From: Candidatus Dojkabacteria bacterium
GTDB taxonomy: Bacteria > Patescibacteriota > Dojkabacteria > SC72
Direction of reading: 5' to 3'
Length of the DNA: 64,000 nucleotides
Assembly: GCA_018056375.1 (NCBI GenBank)
Contig: JAGPFQ010000001.1
Coordinates: forward strand, 167,995-231,994
The notes under the pieces were generated by a model, which was given only the letters and a program-made list of their open reading frames with translations, was not told the DNA's origin and did not search any database. Positions within the stretch are counted from its first letter, which is position 1. The number at the start of each line of letters is the position of its first letter. The translations under genes were made by a program, and so were the position numbers. This document shows, in pieces, positions 10,161-19,521 of this stretch.

Positions 10161-10781
10161 TTATTTCTTCTTTTTAATATTACTTTTTCTTGTCTTAACA
10201 GAATATATTAAGAGAGCCCAAAGACTTCCAGCCATCATAATGCATCCTGATGCCATCATAATAATATCAAAATGTGTCTGTCCTAAGCTAGCCAATGATC
10301 CTACTAGTAAACTGATAACTGCAGTACTAAAGCTGATGAGGGTTTCGTAGAATGCATACTGAAATCCCTCTATACCACTATCTACATTCATTGCAAAGAG
10401 CTTTCTCCAATTTGTAACATTAAAACAAGCTCCTAAACCAAAAACAAATTGAAGGATATAGTAATGAATCGGTTGAGAAATCAGTGGATACATAGTGTAA
10501 GGTAGGCCCATTAATATGATTCCTGCGGCTAAAAGTAGTATCTCATCCTTATCTCCCTTAATCTTGTCTGTTAGTGTGCCCATTGGTATTTGGAAAATTG
10601 CTCTAGTAGTGAAATATATTGCAGTACCGATACCTACAAACTTTACAGCATCTACACCTAATCTAGTTGAAAGATAGACACCAGAAAGTGAAGTGATGAT
10701 AAGGAAAGGTCCCCATGTAAATACATCAGCGAGAGTTAACAACGTTACAATTTTGTTTCCTTTCTTCAACCATCTCTTCAT
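10161..10781 (-). CDS. polytopic membrane protein (about 6 TM, possibly a half-size MFS-like transporter)
   Basis: 206 aa, multiple hydrophobic segments, basic C-terminus. Confidence 0.45.
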   Translation of the reverse strand: MKRWLKKGNKIVTLLTLADVFTWGPFLIITSLSGVYLSTRLGVDAVKFVGIGTAIYFTTRAIFQIPMGTLTDKIKGDKDEILLLAAGIILMGLPYTMYPLISQPIHYYILQFVFGLGACFNVTNWRKLFAMNVDSGIEGFQYAFYETLISFSTAVISLLVGSLASLGQTHFDIIMMASGCIMMAGSLWALLIYSVKTRKSNIKKKK

Positions 10782-10832
10782 ACTAATACTCTACCTTGTT
10801 GGAAAAGATTTATCAATATGATAAATTAAAGT

Positions 10833-12449
10833 ATGAATCTGCTCCAATCTGAATATTTAAATATTGTTTTAATAGCGATATCTTCTGTAATTCTATTTCT
10901 TTTTGCTATTGAAAGTCTAAGTTCTCAGCTACAAAAAGTAGCTACAGAAGGTTTTAGAAAGAAAATATCTGTATTTGTAAAGAATAGGTTCTCAGGAGCA
11001 CTTGTAGGTGCGGTTTTTACAGCATTTGTTCAATCTAGCTCTGCTGTTACAGCCATAGCTATATCCTTAGTTAATCTAGGAGTAATATCTTTTAGAAGTA
11101 GTTTAGGAATAATATTTGGTAGTAGTATTGGAACAACAATTACTGCACAATTGGCTCTGGTTTCCTCTACATCAATTGGTGCAATTATTCTAATCATTGG
11201 TTTTCTATTGAGATTTTTAGGTCCTAAGTTTAAAGAGATTAGTAAATCTGTATTCTTCTTAGGTTTTGTATTGTTTGCATTAAATATTATTACAACCAGT
11301 ATTGAACCTTTAAAAACAAATCCTGCATTTGTTAATCTTTTTAGCTATCTTTCTAATCCATTAGTTTCATACACAGTATCTTGTCTGTTTACAATATTAG
11401 TGCATTCTAGTTCTATTACATCAGGTCTTCTGGTTGTTTTGGTAGCACAGGGAATTATACCTGTGGAGATAGCAATACCTGTGGTTCTTGGAGCTAACTT
11501 AGGTACAGGTATTTCAACATTCTTGGTTTCTAAAGATTTAAATCTTTTTGGTAAGAGAGCAGGATATGCAAATGTAGTGTTTAGGGCTGTAGGGACTCTT
11601 GCTTTTATGCTCTTTGTACCATCTTTCATATCGTTACTTGAATCTCTTACCTCTAACCCGGCACAGCAGGTTGCACTTGGACATTTACTTTTTAATTTAA
11701 TCAACTCTTTGGTTTTCTTAATATTCTTAACACCTTTTGAGAAGTTTATAGTGAAAATAGTACCTGGAGAGGAAGAGGAGATACTCTTTGAAACAAAGTA
11801 TATTGATATGAAGAAGAAAAAGGGTTTGAAAGGAAGATTGTTGGATATTAAAAAAGAGATAGCCTACTCTCTTGAGAATACACAGAAGATATACAAGAAA
11901 GCATTAAGCATGTACTATGATCCCTCTCCTGTTACTTCTATAGATATTGATAAATTTGAGACATTAAACGACTATCTGGATGATGAAATTACTGCTGCTT
12001 TGCTCTCTCTCTCTGAGTACCAATTAGATAAGAAGAGAGCAAAAGAAACAGTAACTCTTGTAAAGGTGTCAAATACAATTGAACAATTGGGAGATTTAGC
12101 TTTAGATTTGGAGAATGTTTTTACTAAGTTACATAAAAGGGGAATTTCAAAAGATGATGTTCAGATAGAGAAGATCACTGAGATGTTTAATAAATTGATG
12201 GTACTTTTTGATTTGATAAAGGAGCAAGTTCTATCACCAAAGGAGAAGGAGTTGGTGAAGGTTAAGGAGAAGGAAGAGGAAATCTACTTTGTCGTGAACA
12301 GTGCCTTTAATTCCCATGTACAGAAACTACAAGAAGAAGGGAAATATCATGGAAATACATTTGTAGACTCAGTATCTATTATAGAAGCATCTGTCTCTAA
12401 GCTGAGAGACATTAGAAAACTACTCTTAAGACATGTAAGAAGTAGTTAG
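10833..12449 (+). CDS. Na+/phosphate cotransporter (NptA/YjbB family) with C-terminal PhoU-like domain
   Basis: duplicated QSSSA/S-rich Na/Pi cotransporter motifs in the membrane domain; long helical cytoplasmic tail. Confidence 0.75.
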   Translation: MNLLQSEYLNIVLIAISSVILFLFAIESLSSQLQKVATEGFRKKISVFVKNRFSGALVGAVFTAFVQSSSAVTAIAISLVNLGVISFRSSLGIIFGSSIGTTITAQLALVSSTSIGAIILIIGFLLRFLGPKFKEISKSVFFLGFVLFALNIITTSIEPLKTNPAFVNLFSYLSNPLVSYTVSCLFTILVHSSSITSGLLVVLVAQGIIPVEIAIPVVLGANLGTGISTFLVSKDLNLFGKRAGYANVVFRAVGTLAFMLFVPSFISLLESLTSNPAQQVALGHLLFNLINSLVFLIFLTPFEKFIVKIVPGEEEEILFETKYIDMKKKKGLKGRLLDIKKEIAYSLENTQKIYKKALSMYYDPSPVTSIDIDKFETLNDYLDDEITAALLSLSEYQLDKKRAKETVTLVKVSNTIEQLGDLALDLENVFTKLHKRGISKDDVQIEKITEMFNKLMVLFDLIKEQVLSPKEKELVKVKEKEEEIYFVVNSAFNSHVQKLQEEGKYHGNTFVDSVSIIEASVSKLRDIRKLLLRHVRSS

Positions 12450-13489
12450 ATAATATTTACCTCGCTAGTTAATTCTACTCCATACTCATCCATAACACTC
12501 TTTTTCATTGCTTCGATATAGTCGAGAATTTCCTTTCCTGTTGCTTTCATATTTGTTACTACACAGAGTGCATGTCTTTCAAATGTTGCTACATTACCAA
12601 TCTTCTTTCCTTTCCAACCTAGCTCATCTAGTAATCTTCCAGCAGGAATCTTTAGATACTCTTCACTGTATCCTTCTGCAGGGTATGATTGAAGTTCCTC
12701 TATTATTTTAGATAGCTCATTAAATTTCTCTACAGTTACAATTGGATTAGCAAAGAAACTTCCAGCTGTTCCATATTCTTCTACACTAGGTAATCTCTTT
12801 CCTCTCTGCCTAATGATAGCTTCCATAACTTCTTGAATACTGTATGGCTCTTTAGCAAAAGAGTCTAATTCTTCTTTTAGAGACCCATATCTTCCTGCTC
12901 TTTCATGGTAGCTAAGTTCAAATTCTTTTGTATGTTTTGTTAGTTTAAATATTGTTGATGTAATTAGGTATTTGTTTTGCCATATGTTCTTAAAATTGCT
13001 TTTTCTGTATCCATATCCACACTCTTCTGGTTTTATAACCTTCTCTTCGAATGTTTTGATATCTAGGATATTTATCTTTTCAACAACCTTACTTATCTCT
13101 TGTCCATATGCACCGATATTTTGAGATACACCACCTCCAACAGTACCTGGTATCATAACCATATTCTCAATTCCAGCATAGTCATTCTTAACACACCATC
13201 TTACAAATTCATCCCAAATCTCTCCTGCACTAGCTTGAACATATACATATTTTTCATCTTCTTTAACTACATTTATTCCTTTTAACTTAGGGATTAGTAC
13301 TAGTCCATCCCAATCTTTTGTGAACAATGTGTTACTTCCACCTCCAAGGATAATGAGGTTTTCATCTTTGAACTTTTCTAGAACCTCTTTTATCTCTTCA
13401 ATTGTTTGAGGTATTGCTAGATATTTAGCTTTTACATCTACCTTAAAGGTATTGTAATCCTTTAATGAGGTGTTTTTTTTGATGTTCAT
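12446..13489 (-). CDS. murB: UDP-N-acetylenolpyruvoylglucosamine reductase MurB
   Basis: FAD-binding GGGSN motif, MurB C-terminal domain. Confidence 0.8.
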   Translation of the reverse strand: MNIKKNTSLKDYNTFKVDVKAKYLAIPQTIEEIKEVLEKFKDENLIILGGGSNTLFTKDWDGLVLIPKLKGINVVKEDEKYVYVQASAGEIWDEFVRWCVKNDYAGIENMVMIPGTVGGGVSQNIGAYGQEISKVVEKINILDIKTFEEKVIKPEECGYGYRKSNFKNIWQNKYLITSTIFKLTKHTKEFELSYHERAGRYGSLKEELDSFAKEPYSIQEVMEAIIRQRGKRLPSVEEYGTAGSFFANPIVTVEKFNELSKIIEELQSYPAEGYSEEYLKIPAGRLLDELGWKGKKIGNVATFERHALCVVTNMKATGKEILDYIEAMKKSVMDEYGVELTSEVNII

Positions 13490-13502
13490 ATATTTTAATT
13501 GT

Positions 13503-14639
13503 TTATTTTATATATCTCCTTGGAACTCTCTCAGTTACATTTGCTAAGAGGTTCCACATTGAGTGTCCAGACCATTTTGATACTTCCCAGAGTTTAATAT
13601 TCTCTCCCCACAATTCAACATCGTCATTAACATATGCAGTTCCATCTGTTCCTAATCCAACCATCATTTGATCCATGCAAATCCTACCTAGGACTGGAAA
13701 GATATTCTTACTCTGTTTGTATTTAGGATTGTTAATATACACCCACCCTTTGTTTGACAAGTCTCTTGAATATCCATCAGCATATCCAACAGGAATGGTA
13801 ATGATTCGTTCATCTTCCTTTGTCTTGTATGTTCTTGCATATCCAACACTATTTCCCTTTTCTAATACTTTAAAGAAGAGTACTTTTGTTTTGAAATGCA
13901 TTACTGGTTTTAGTTTTTTCTGTAGATTTCTGTTTAGACTGTAGCCATACATCATTATTCCAGGTCTTACCATTGTGAAGAATGAGGATTCTAAATTTCT
14001 TGAGATTGCACCACTATTTGCTAGGTGTATCAATGGAGGAAGTTTGTAATTTAACTCTATGTATTTAAGAACTTCATTAAATCTCTTTAATTGAATTGTT
14101 GTAAACTTAGGGTCTTGGTATGAATCTACAAAATGTGAGAATATTCCAACAATATCTAAATTAGGGAGAGTATATGCTTTCTTAATGAATTCTTCCTTTC
14201 TATCCCACTGTACCCCTATTCTTCCCATACCGGTATCGATTTTAAGGTGTACCTTAGCTGTCTTTTTCAACTTTTTAGCTCTTCTAGAAATCTTTTCTAA
14301 CTTCTCGATGGAAGAACCTGTGAAATCAACATCATGTTTGAGATAAGGATCTAGTTGTGAGTCATCTGTCTCCCCTAGTACTAGAATGGGTATTTTAATA
14401 CCATTCTCTCTTAGATATACAGCTTCTTCTATATATGCGACTCCTAGATAGTCAATTTTAAGTTTTTGTAGTCTTTTTGAGATTTCTACAAGTCCATGAC
14501 CGTATGCATTAGCTTTCACTATACCTAATATTTTTCTTTTACCAACAATCCTTTTAATGACCTTAATATTCTCATCTATATTTTTTAGATATATTTCTGC
14601 TCTTGTTGGTCTGTTTTCAAAGATTTTACTTGTAAACAT
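13503..14639 (-). CDS. alr: alanine racemase
   Basis: PLP-lysine motif VKANAYGHG; N-terminal TIM-barrel plus C-terminal beta domain; 378 aa. Confidence 0.85.
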   Translation of the reverse strand: MFTSKIFENRPTRAEIYLKNIDENIKVIKRIVGKRKILGIVKANAYGHGLVEISKRLQKLKIDYLGVAYIEEAVYLRENGIKIPILVLGETDDSQLDPYLKHDVDFTGSSIEKLEKISRRAKKLKKTAKVHLKIDTGMGRIGVQWDRKEEFIKKAYTLPNLDIVGIFSHFVDSYQDPKFTTIQLKRFNEVLKYIELNYKLPPLIHLANSGAISRNLESSFFTMVRPGIMMYGYSLNRNLQKKLKPVMHFKTKVLFFKVLEKGNSVGYARTYKTKEDERIITIPVGYADGYSRDLSNKGWVYINNPKYKQSKNIFPVLGRICMDQMMVGLGTDGTAYVNDDVELWGENIKLWEVSKWSGHSMWNLLANVTERVPRRYIK

Positions 14640-14721
14640 AGTATATTCTACAAGTTTGGAAGTAGAAAGTTAAGATGGTAGAATGATAAGGTAGTTTACT
14701 TAAATTTATTAATATAAATAT

Positions 14722-15126
14722 ATGAAAGGATACGTAGATGATATTGAGAAGATTACAGAAGAGAATACAAGCTTTAGAAAGGTAGTATATACTGGAAATC
14801 ATCTTCAGTTAGTAGTTATGTCTCTAAAACCAGGTGAGGATATTGGTGAGGAAGTTCATCCTAAGGTAGATCAATTCTTTAGAGTTGAAGAAGGTAAAGG
14901 AAAGGTGGTTATGGATGGTGAAGAGACAGAGTTTGAGGATGGTTTTGCAATTGTTGTACCTTCTGGTGTTAGACATAATGTGGTTAACACATCAGATACT
15001 GAAGAATTAAAACTCTATACTATCTATACTCCAGCAAATCATATTGATGGTATTGTACATGCTACTAAGGAAGATGCTATGGCAGATGAAGAGGATGAGG
15101 CATTTTCTGAGAGTGTTAATGCATAG
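14722..15126 (+). CDS. cupin-domain protein
   Basis: cupin_2-like two-motif His/Glu pattern; 134 aa. Confidence 0.55.
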   Translation: MKGYVDDIEKITEENTSFRKVVYTGNHLQLVVMSLKPGEDIGEEVHPKVDQFFRVEEGKGKVVMDGEETEFEDGFAIVVPSGVRHNVVNTSDTEELKLYTIYTPANHIDGIVHATKEDAMADEEDEAFSESVNA

Positions 15127-15136
15127 TTATTAAAGA

Positions 15137-15195
15137 GAAGGAAGTGGGTCAATTCTGTTTGAACTAAGTCTAGAAAAGACCCACCTTCTTTTTGT
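15137..15195 (+). terminator. hairpin plus T-run downstream of the cupin gene (possibly bidirectional)
   Basis: GAAGGAAGTGGGTC ... GACCCACCTTC stem followed by TTTTTGTTCTTG. Confidence 0.45.
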
Positions 15196-15225
15196 TCTTG
15201 TATTAATGCTGATTAGAAAAAACTG

Positions 15226-15363
15226 TTAATGCCGGTTTGTTCCACCAGCATTTCGACAGGGTTTTTGTCTCCTTTTTTCTTTGTCTTTACACCCTTTACG
15301 GGTGTTTTGGCTTTTTTCATTTGTGGTTTTATCGTTTGTATTTGTTGTTTTATTTGTACTCAT
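15226..15363 (-). CDS. possible small basic protein (45 aa; not in the ORF track because it is under 60 aa)
   Basis: minus-strand ATG...TAA in a strongly purine-biased stretch; candidate promoter TTGAAG-N17-TAGAAT at 15424-15452; AAAGGTAAG ribosome-binding site. Confidence 0.25.
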   Translation of the reverse strand: MSTNKTTNTNDKTTNEKSQNTRKGCKDKEKRRQKPCRNAGGTNRH

Positions 15364-15531
15364 ATCTTACCTTTCTTTTATTATGGTTTGTTAAACAGCA
15401 GCGATTCTACAAGAACAGCCACAATTCTACCTTTTTTAACACAATTCTTCAAATTTTCTACTATCTAACCTACTTTTCTCTCTTTCATGGTAAAATGTAA
15501 TGCATAAAAAATAATAGAGATATATTAATAT

Positions 15532-16293
15532 ATGAAAAATAGTACTAATCTAGAAAGAACATTAAAAGAAAGAGGTATTAAAGCCTTAATTTTTGATTTA
15601 GATAATACTGTATTTGATACAAATCCATACTATATTGATAAAAAAGAAGCATCCTTTTTAGAAATAGTAAATAATTTTCCTGTTGAAAATGAGGAACCTG
15701 CTATTACAGCAAAGAAAATCTCTCAAGATGTTAGTAGGAAGTTCTATGAGAGAAATTGTAAGCCTTTACCAGTAAAAGTTGAATATGAAATTGGTTTAAG
15801 GGATTTCTACAAAGATAATTATCACCCATTGATGGATGAGATACTGGATAAACACTTAGAAGGTTTTTATGATAATACTCCTGAAATATTTCCAGAAGCA
15901 ATAAATCTTTTTCATTTCTTTTACCATTATCCTAATATGAAATTTTTTGCTGCAAATACTTTAGCTGGTGAGGATTGGACCAAGGTAAAGATTGAATATA
16001 TGGAAGAGAAGTGTGATATCCCAGATATCCCCTACTATACAACAGATATTGAACATCCTAAGGATTGGAAGAAACCGATAAGTGATGCTTTGAAGAAAGG
16101 GGTTGCATTAGAGGAAATTTTAGTTATTGGAGATAGTTTGAGTTCTGATATTCAACCGTCAATAGAGGAAGGTGTTGAGCATTTAATATGGATAGATAGG
16201 ATAGGTGAGAGAAATAGAGAGGCATCTTCTCTGTCAGATCTTGATAAAGTGATGGTTGTAAATGCTCTTGAGGAGATTTGGGATTTGGTATAA
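15532..16293 (+). CDS. HAD-superfamily hydrolase
   Basis: motif I FDLDNTV; HAD-like downstream motifs. Confidence 0.6.
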   Translation: MKNSTNLERTLKERGIKALIFDLDNTVFDTNPYYIDKKEASFLEIVNNFPVENEEPAITAKKISQDVSRKFYERNCKPLPVKVEYEIGLRDFYKDNYHPLMDEILDKHLEGFYDNTPEIFPEAINLFHFFYHYPNMKFFAANTLAGEDWTKVKIEYMEEKCDIPDIPYYTTDIEHPKDWKKPISDALKKGVALEEILVIGDSLSSDIQPSIEEGVEHLIWIDRIGERNREASSLSDLDKVMVVNALEEIWDLV

Positions 16294-16691
16294 AAATAAT
16301 TATTGATGAAATCCTAGAACTGTGAAATATGTATATACGAAAAAAAAGGATGGTAGCTCCAATTAACCCCATCCAATACTAGCAGAATATGGCTTACACC
16401 ATATAGATTGGACTTAGCAACAAGCAAAAGGGCTTTTGACCCAATTACCGCTACTAAGTTGTTAATGTTCGAATCATTAACATATCCTTTAAAACCTCAG
16501 TAATCATCGATATAGAAAATTGGTTCTATACCTAGACTGGTACCAACACTGATAGGCTTTAAATGTGCTAATGATTAATACTAACGAGGGGTCAAATAGA
16601 TGTCAAGGGTAGAATACTAAGGGTTTGGAGCTTTTTCTTTGAATTTTCAGTTTGACTTTAAAAAGGCTTTTTCTTTTGTTAAGTAAAAACA

Positions 16692-17909
16692 CTATAACGT
16701 TAACAAACCTTCATTTAAGAGCCCATACTTAATTTTCATTTTCAAAATTTTCAATACCTTCTCCTCTATCTCAATATCTCCATCTTGAACTTTCTTAAGA
16801 ACATAGTTGTAAATACTTTTTTGAGAACCTTGCTCCTTTTCACTATAGACACTATATATTAAAATATCAACCCCAGCGTCTAATGCCTTAACTGCAATCT
16901 CTTCCTTACTACCCATACTTTTTAATGCCATCATCTCCATATCATCAGAAACTACTAATCCATTGTAATCTAAATCCTCAATCAATCTCTTTTGAATAAT
17001 CTCCTTAGAAAGAGAAGCTGGCATCTTGTCTATATCAGGAAAAAGAATATGCCCTATCATAACAGCATCAACATCAATTTGTTTAATTGTTTTACTAAAA
17101 GGTTGAATATATCTATCCCATTGATTCTTTGAAACTTTAATTTCAGGAAGTACAAAGTGAGGATCTTTAGGAGTATCCCCATGTCCAGGATAGTGTTTAA
17201 TTACTGATAAGATAGAAGCATTCTTGTATCCACTGACTGTAAAGACAGATTTCTGTATTACTTCATCTAAAGCACCTCTGTATGTTCTGTTGTATATAAA
17301 TGACCTTCTATCTTGTGTATATTCTACAACTGGAGCTAAGTTCGTATTAACACCTAATTCTTTTAGTTTCTCTCCCCTACTCTTAGCAATTTCATATGCC
17401 TCTTGGTTATCTCCAATGGCATTTTGAGGCTCTGTAAGCACCCTATCCCATTCAATTCGAGATACAACCCCTCCTTCCTGATCTATTGCTACAAAAAGAG
17501 GAATCTTTGGGTCTGTAGATTGTATTTCATTAGTAAGTTTCTTTAGTTGTTTTTCATCTGTAATATTTTTTGCAAACAAGAGAACAGAACCAGGTTTTAC
17601 TTCTTTTAAGAATTTTTTGTTGTTTGGTTCTAAACTAGTATTACCATCAATACCAAACATGAAGAGTTGACCAACTCTTTCTTCAATACTCATTTGGTCA
17701 TAGATGCTTTTTTCAAGAGGGATGGCATTTAGTTCTTTTTCTCTGGTAATTCTTGCTTCTTCGTAGAGGTCTACCATACTTTTAGGAATTTCTATTTCTT
17801 CTACTATTGGGTTTTGTATGAGCTTAAAGTGTAGAATTAAGACAAAAATACCAAAGAAAAAGCCAAGTAGGAGTGTTGATATGAAAAAGTCTTTCTTTTT
17901 AGACTTCAT
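16692..17909 (-). CDS. beta-N-acetylhexosaminidase (glycoside hydrolase family 3, NagZ-like), membrane-anchored
   Basis: GH3 catalytic motif KHYPGHGDT; N-terminal TM. Confidence 0.75.
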   Translation of the reverse strand: MKSKKKDFFISTLLLGFFFGIFVLILHFKLIQNPIVEEIEIPKSMVDLYEEARITREKELNAIPLEKSIYDQMSIEERVGQLFMFGIDGNTSLEPNNKKFLKEVKPGSVLLFAKNITDEKQLKKLTNEIQSTDPKIPLFVAIDQEGGVVSRIEWDRVLTEPQNAIGDNQEAYEIAKSRGEKLKELGVNTNLAPVVEYTQDRRSFIYNRTYRGALDEVIQKSVFTVSGYKNASILSVIKHYPGHGDTPKDPHFVLPEIKVSKNQWDRYIQPFSKTIKQIDVDAVMIGHILFPDIDKMPASLSKEIIQKRLIEDLDYNGLVVSDDMEMMALKSMGSKEEIAVKALDAGVDILIYSVYSEKEQGSQKSIYNYVLKKVQDGDIEIEEKVLKILKMKIKYGLLNEGLLTL

Positions 17910-18000
17910 TACTAATTATATCATAGTGAAAAATATGGTATAATATACTATAGGTTGTGAAAATATTGAAAATCACAATTTAGGTAATGAGCCAAGAGAT

Positions 18001-18654
18001 TTGGATGATATGAGAGGTAAATATGATGTAGCTATCATTGTTTTAAGTGGTCCTGATGAAGATGAAGAGTATAGGGAGTATGCAGGAGCTCTTGCTCATT
18101 TTGAAGCAGAGCTAATGGGTAGGAAAGCTGTTATCATTACTGCTGGTAGTCGTTCTCATTTGATAAAAGACAGGCTTGTTAATGAAAGAGATATTCCTGA
18201 AGAGGATATAGTTGTTGAGAACCATTCCTATGATACTTCTAGTAATGCTATCTTTACTAGTGAGATGTTAATGAGATTAGGATTTGAGGAACAAGGAGAT
18301 GTTCTGTTGATAACAAATGGATATCATTTACCTAGGTCAGAGATGTTGTTTAGAAGATATTGGGGATCTAGTTTTAAGCCAATCAATGCTGAGAGGTTTC
18401 TTTATGAGAATCGTCCTGATAGTTATTCTTTACCAGGTGATACAGAGCCTTATCCATATGGTTTAGATGCAAAGAATCATGAGAATGAACTTAGAACCAG
18501 AATCCTTAAGTTTATAGATGGTGTTGTATTCAAAACTATTTATAAATATCCTGCTGGAGAGTTACTTATGAGAAGTTTGGCTAAAAGTAGGTTGCAACAG
18601 AGAAAGAAATCAAGTAGTCAAATTAATCAAGAAAACCTTCACTTTTCTTCTTGA
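18001..18654 (+). CDS. DUF218 / YdcF-SanA-ElyC family protein
   Basis: VLSG...ITAGS...SYDTSSNA...LLITNGYHLPRS pattern characteristic of DUF218. Confidence 0.55.
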   Translation: MDDMRGKYDVAIIVLSGPDEDEEYREYAGALAHFEAELMGRKAVIITAGSRSHLIKDRLVNERDIPEEDIVVENHSYDTSSNAIFTSEMLMRLGFEEQGDVLLITNGYHLPRSEMLFRRYWGSSFKPINAERFLYENRPDSYSLPGDTEPYPYGLDAKNHENELRTRILKFIDGVVFKTIYKYPAGELLMRSLAKSRLQQRKKSSSQINQENLHFSS

Positions 18655-18787
18655 AATCTTCTTTGTAGATTTTTTAAGATATCATATGGGGTGGAGGTGT
18701 AAATATTTGTAAAGAAAAAGTCTCTCATGTTTGTTATAATTTAGGGAAGTTAAAGTGTACATATTTAAGATTTTTTAATTTTAAGCT

Positions 18788-19480
18788 ATGTCTTATCTTC
18801 CTTTTATTACTGATGAAAAGTTGGTAGATGTTGTTTCAGAATTCCTAAATGATATTGAGAAAATACAGTCACAAGCTCCTATGAAATTTAGAAAAAGTAC
18901 ATTAGATCCTTTCTCTGCCGTTTTATTTTCTCTATGTTGTGGAAAGAATTTGAGTGATTGGTTAGATAATGAGTTGCACAGACAGATAGGTAAGAGTTTT
19001 CAGAATAAAATAGGAGAATTACATCAAAATATATTAGGAAATTGTGATGGATGTGAGGTTGTCGATGATATTATTGATATAAGAAATGTTGAAAAGAAGG
19101 TAATTGCAGAGATAAAGAACAAATATAATACTACAAAAGGAAGTGATAGAAAAACTTTGTATGATAATCTTTCAATTGTTTTACAACAATCGGAGTATTC
19201 AAATTTTACAGGATACTATGTAGAGATTATTCCTAAGGATAAGCAGAGGTATAATAATTGTTTTACTCCTTCAGATAATACAAGTAGAAAAAATAGACCA
19301 TGTAGAGAAGATATTAGAATTGTAGATGGTTATACATTCTATGGAATCATAACAGGATATGAGGATGCTATTAAAATGGTTTATGACATATTACCAAAAG
19401 TTATTAATGATATTACGGGTTCTGGTATAGAAATAGAGTCTGAACCTCTTTTTGAAAAACTTTTCAATAGAACATATTAG
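18788..19480 (+). CDS. putative type II restriction endonuclease (partner of the downstream m5C methyltransferase)
   Basis: operon position immediately upstream of the methyltransferase; possible PD-(D/E)xK catalytic motif (DIIDI ... AEIKNK). Confidence 0.4.
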   Translation: MSYLPFITDEKLVDVVSEFLNDIEKIQSQAPMKFRKSTLDPFSAVLFSLCCGKNLSDWLDNELHRQIGKSFQNKIGELHQNILGNCDGCEVVDDIIDIRNVEKKVIAEIKNKYNTTKGSDRKTLYDNLSIVLQQSEYSNFTGYYVEIIPKDKQRYNNCFTPSDNTSRKNRPCREDIRIVDGYTFYGIITGYEDAIKMVYDILPKVINDITGSGIEIESEPLFEKLFNRTY

Positions 19481-19521
19481 TAACCCTTGCATAAGGTTTC
19501 TCTCTCTGATAAATTATAAAT

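Noticed and set aside
10161-10781. Half-size MFS-like membrane protein as a pseudogene fragment
   Set aside because: Only 51 bp separate it from the next gene and there is no upstream in-frame remnant, so truncation cannot be demonstrated; it is kept as an intact small membrane protein.
16294-16691. Possible tmRNA in the long intergenic region
   Set aside because: There is a T-arm-like hairpin but no 5' GGGG acceptor partner, no recognisable tag-peptide reading frame ending in AA-stop, and no CCA-proximal acceptor stem, so it is not supported as tmRNA.
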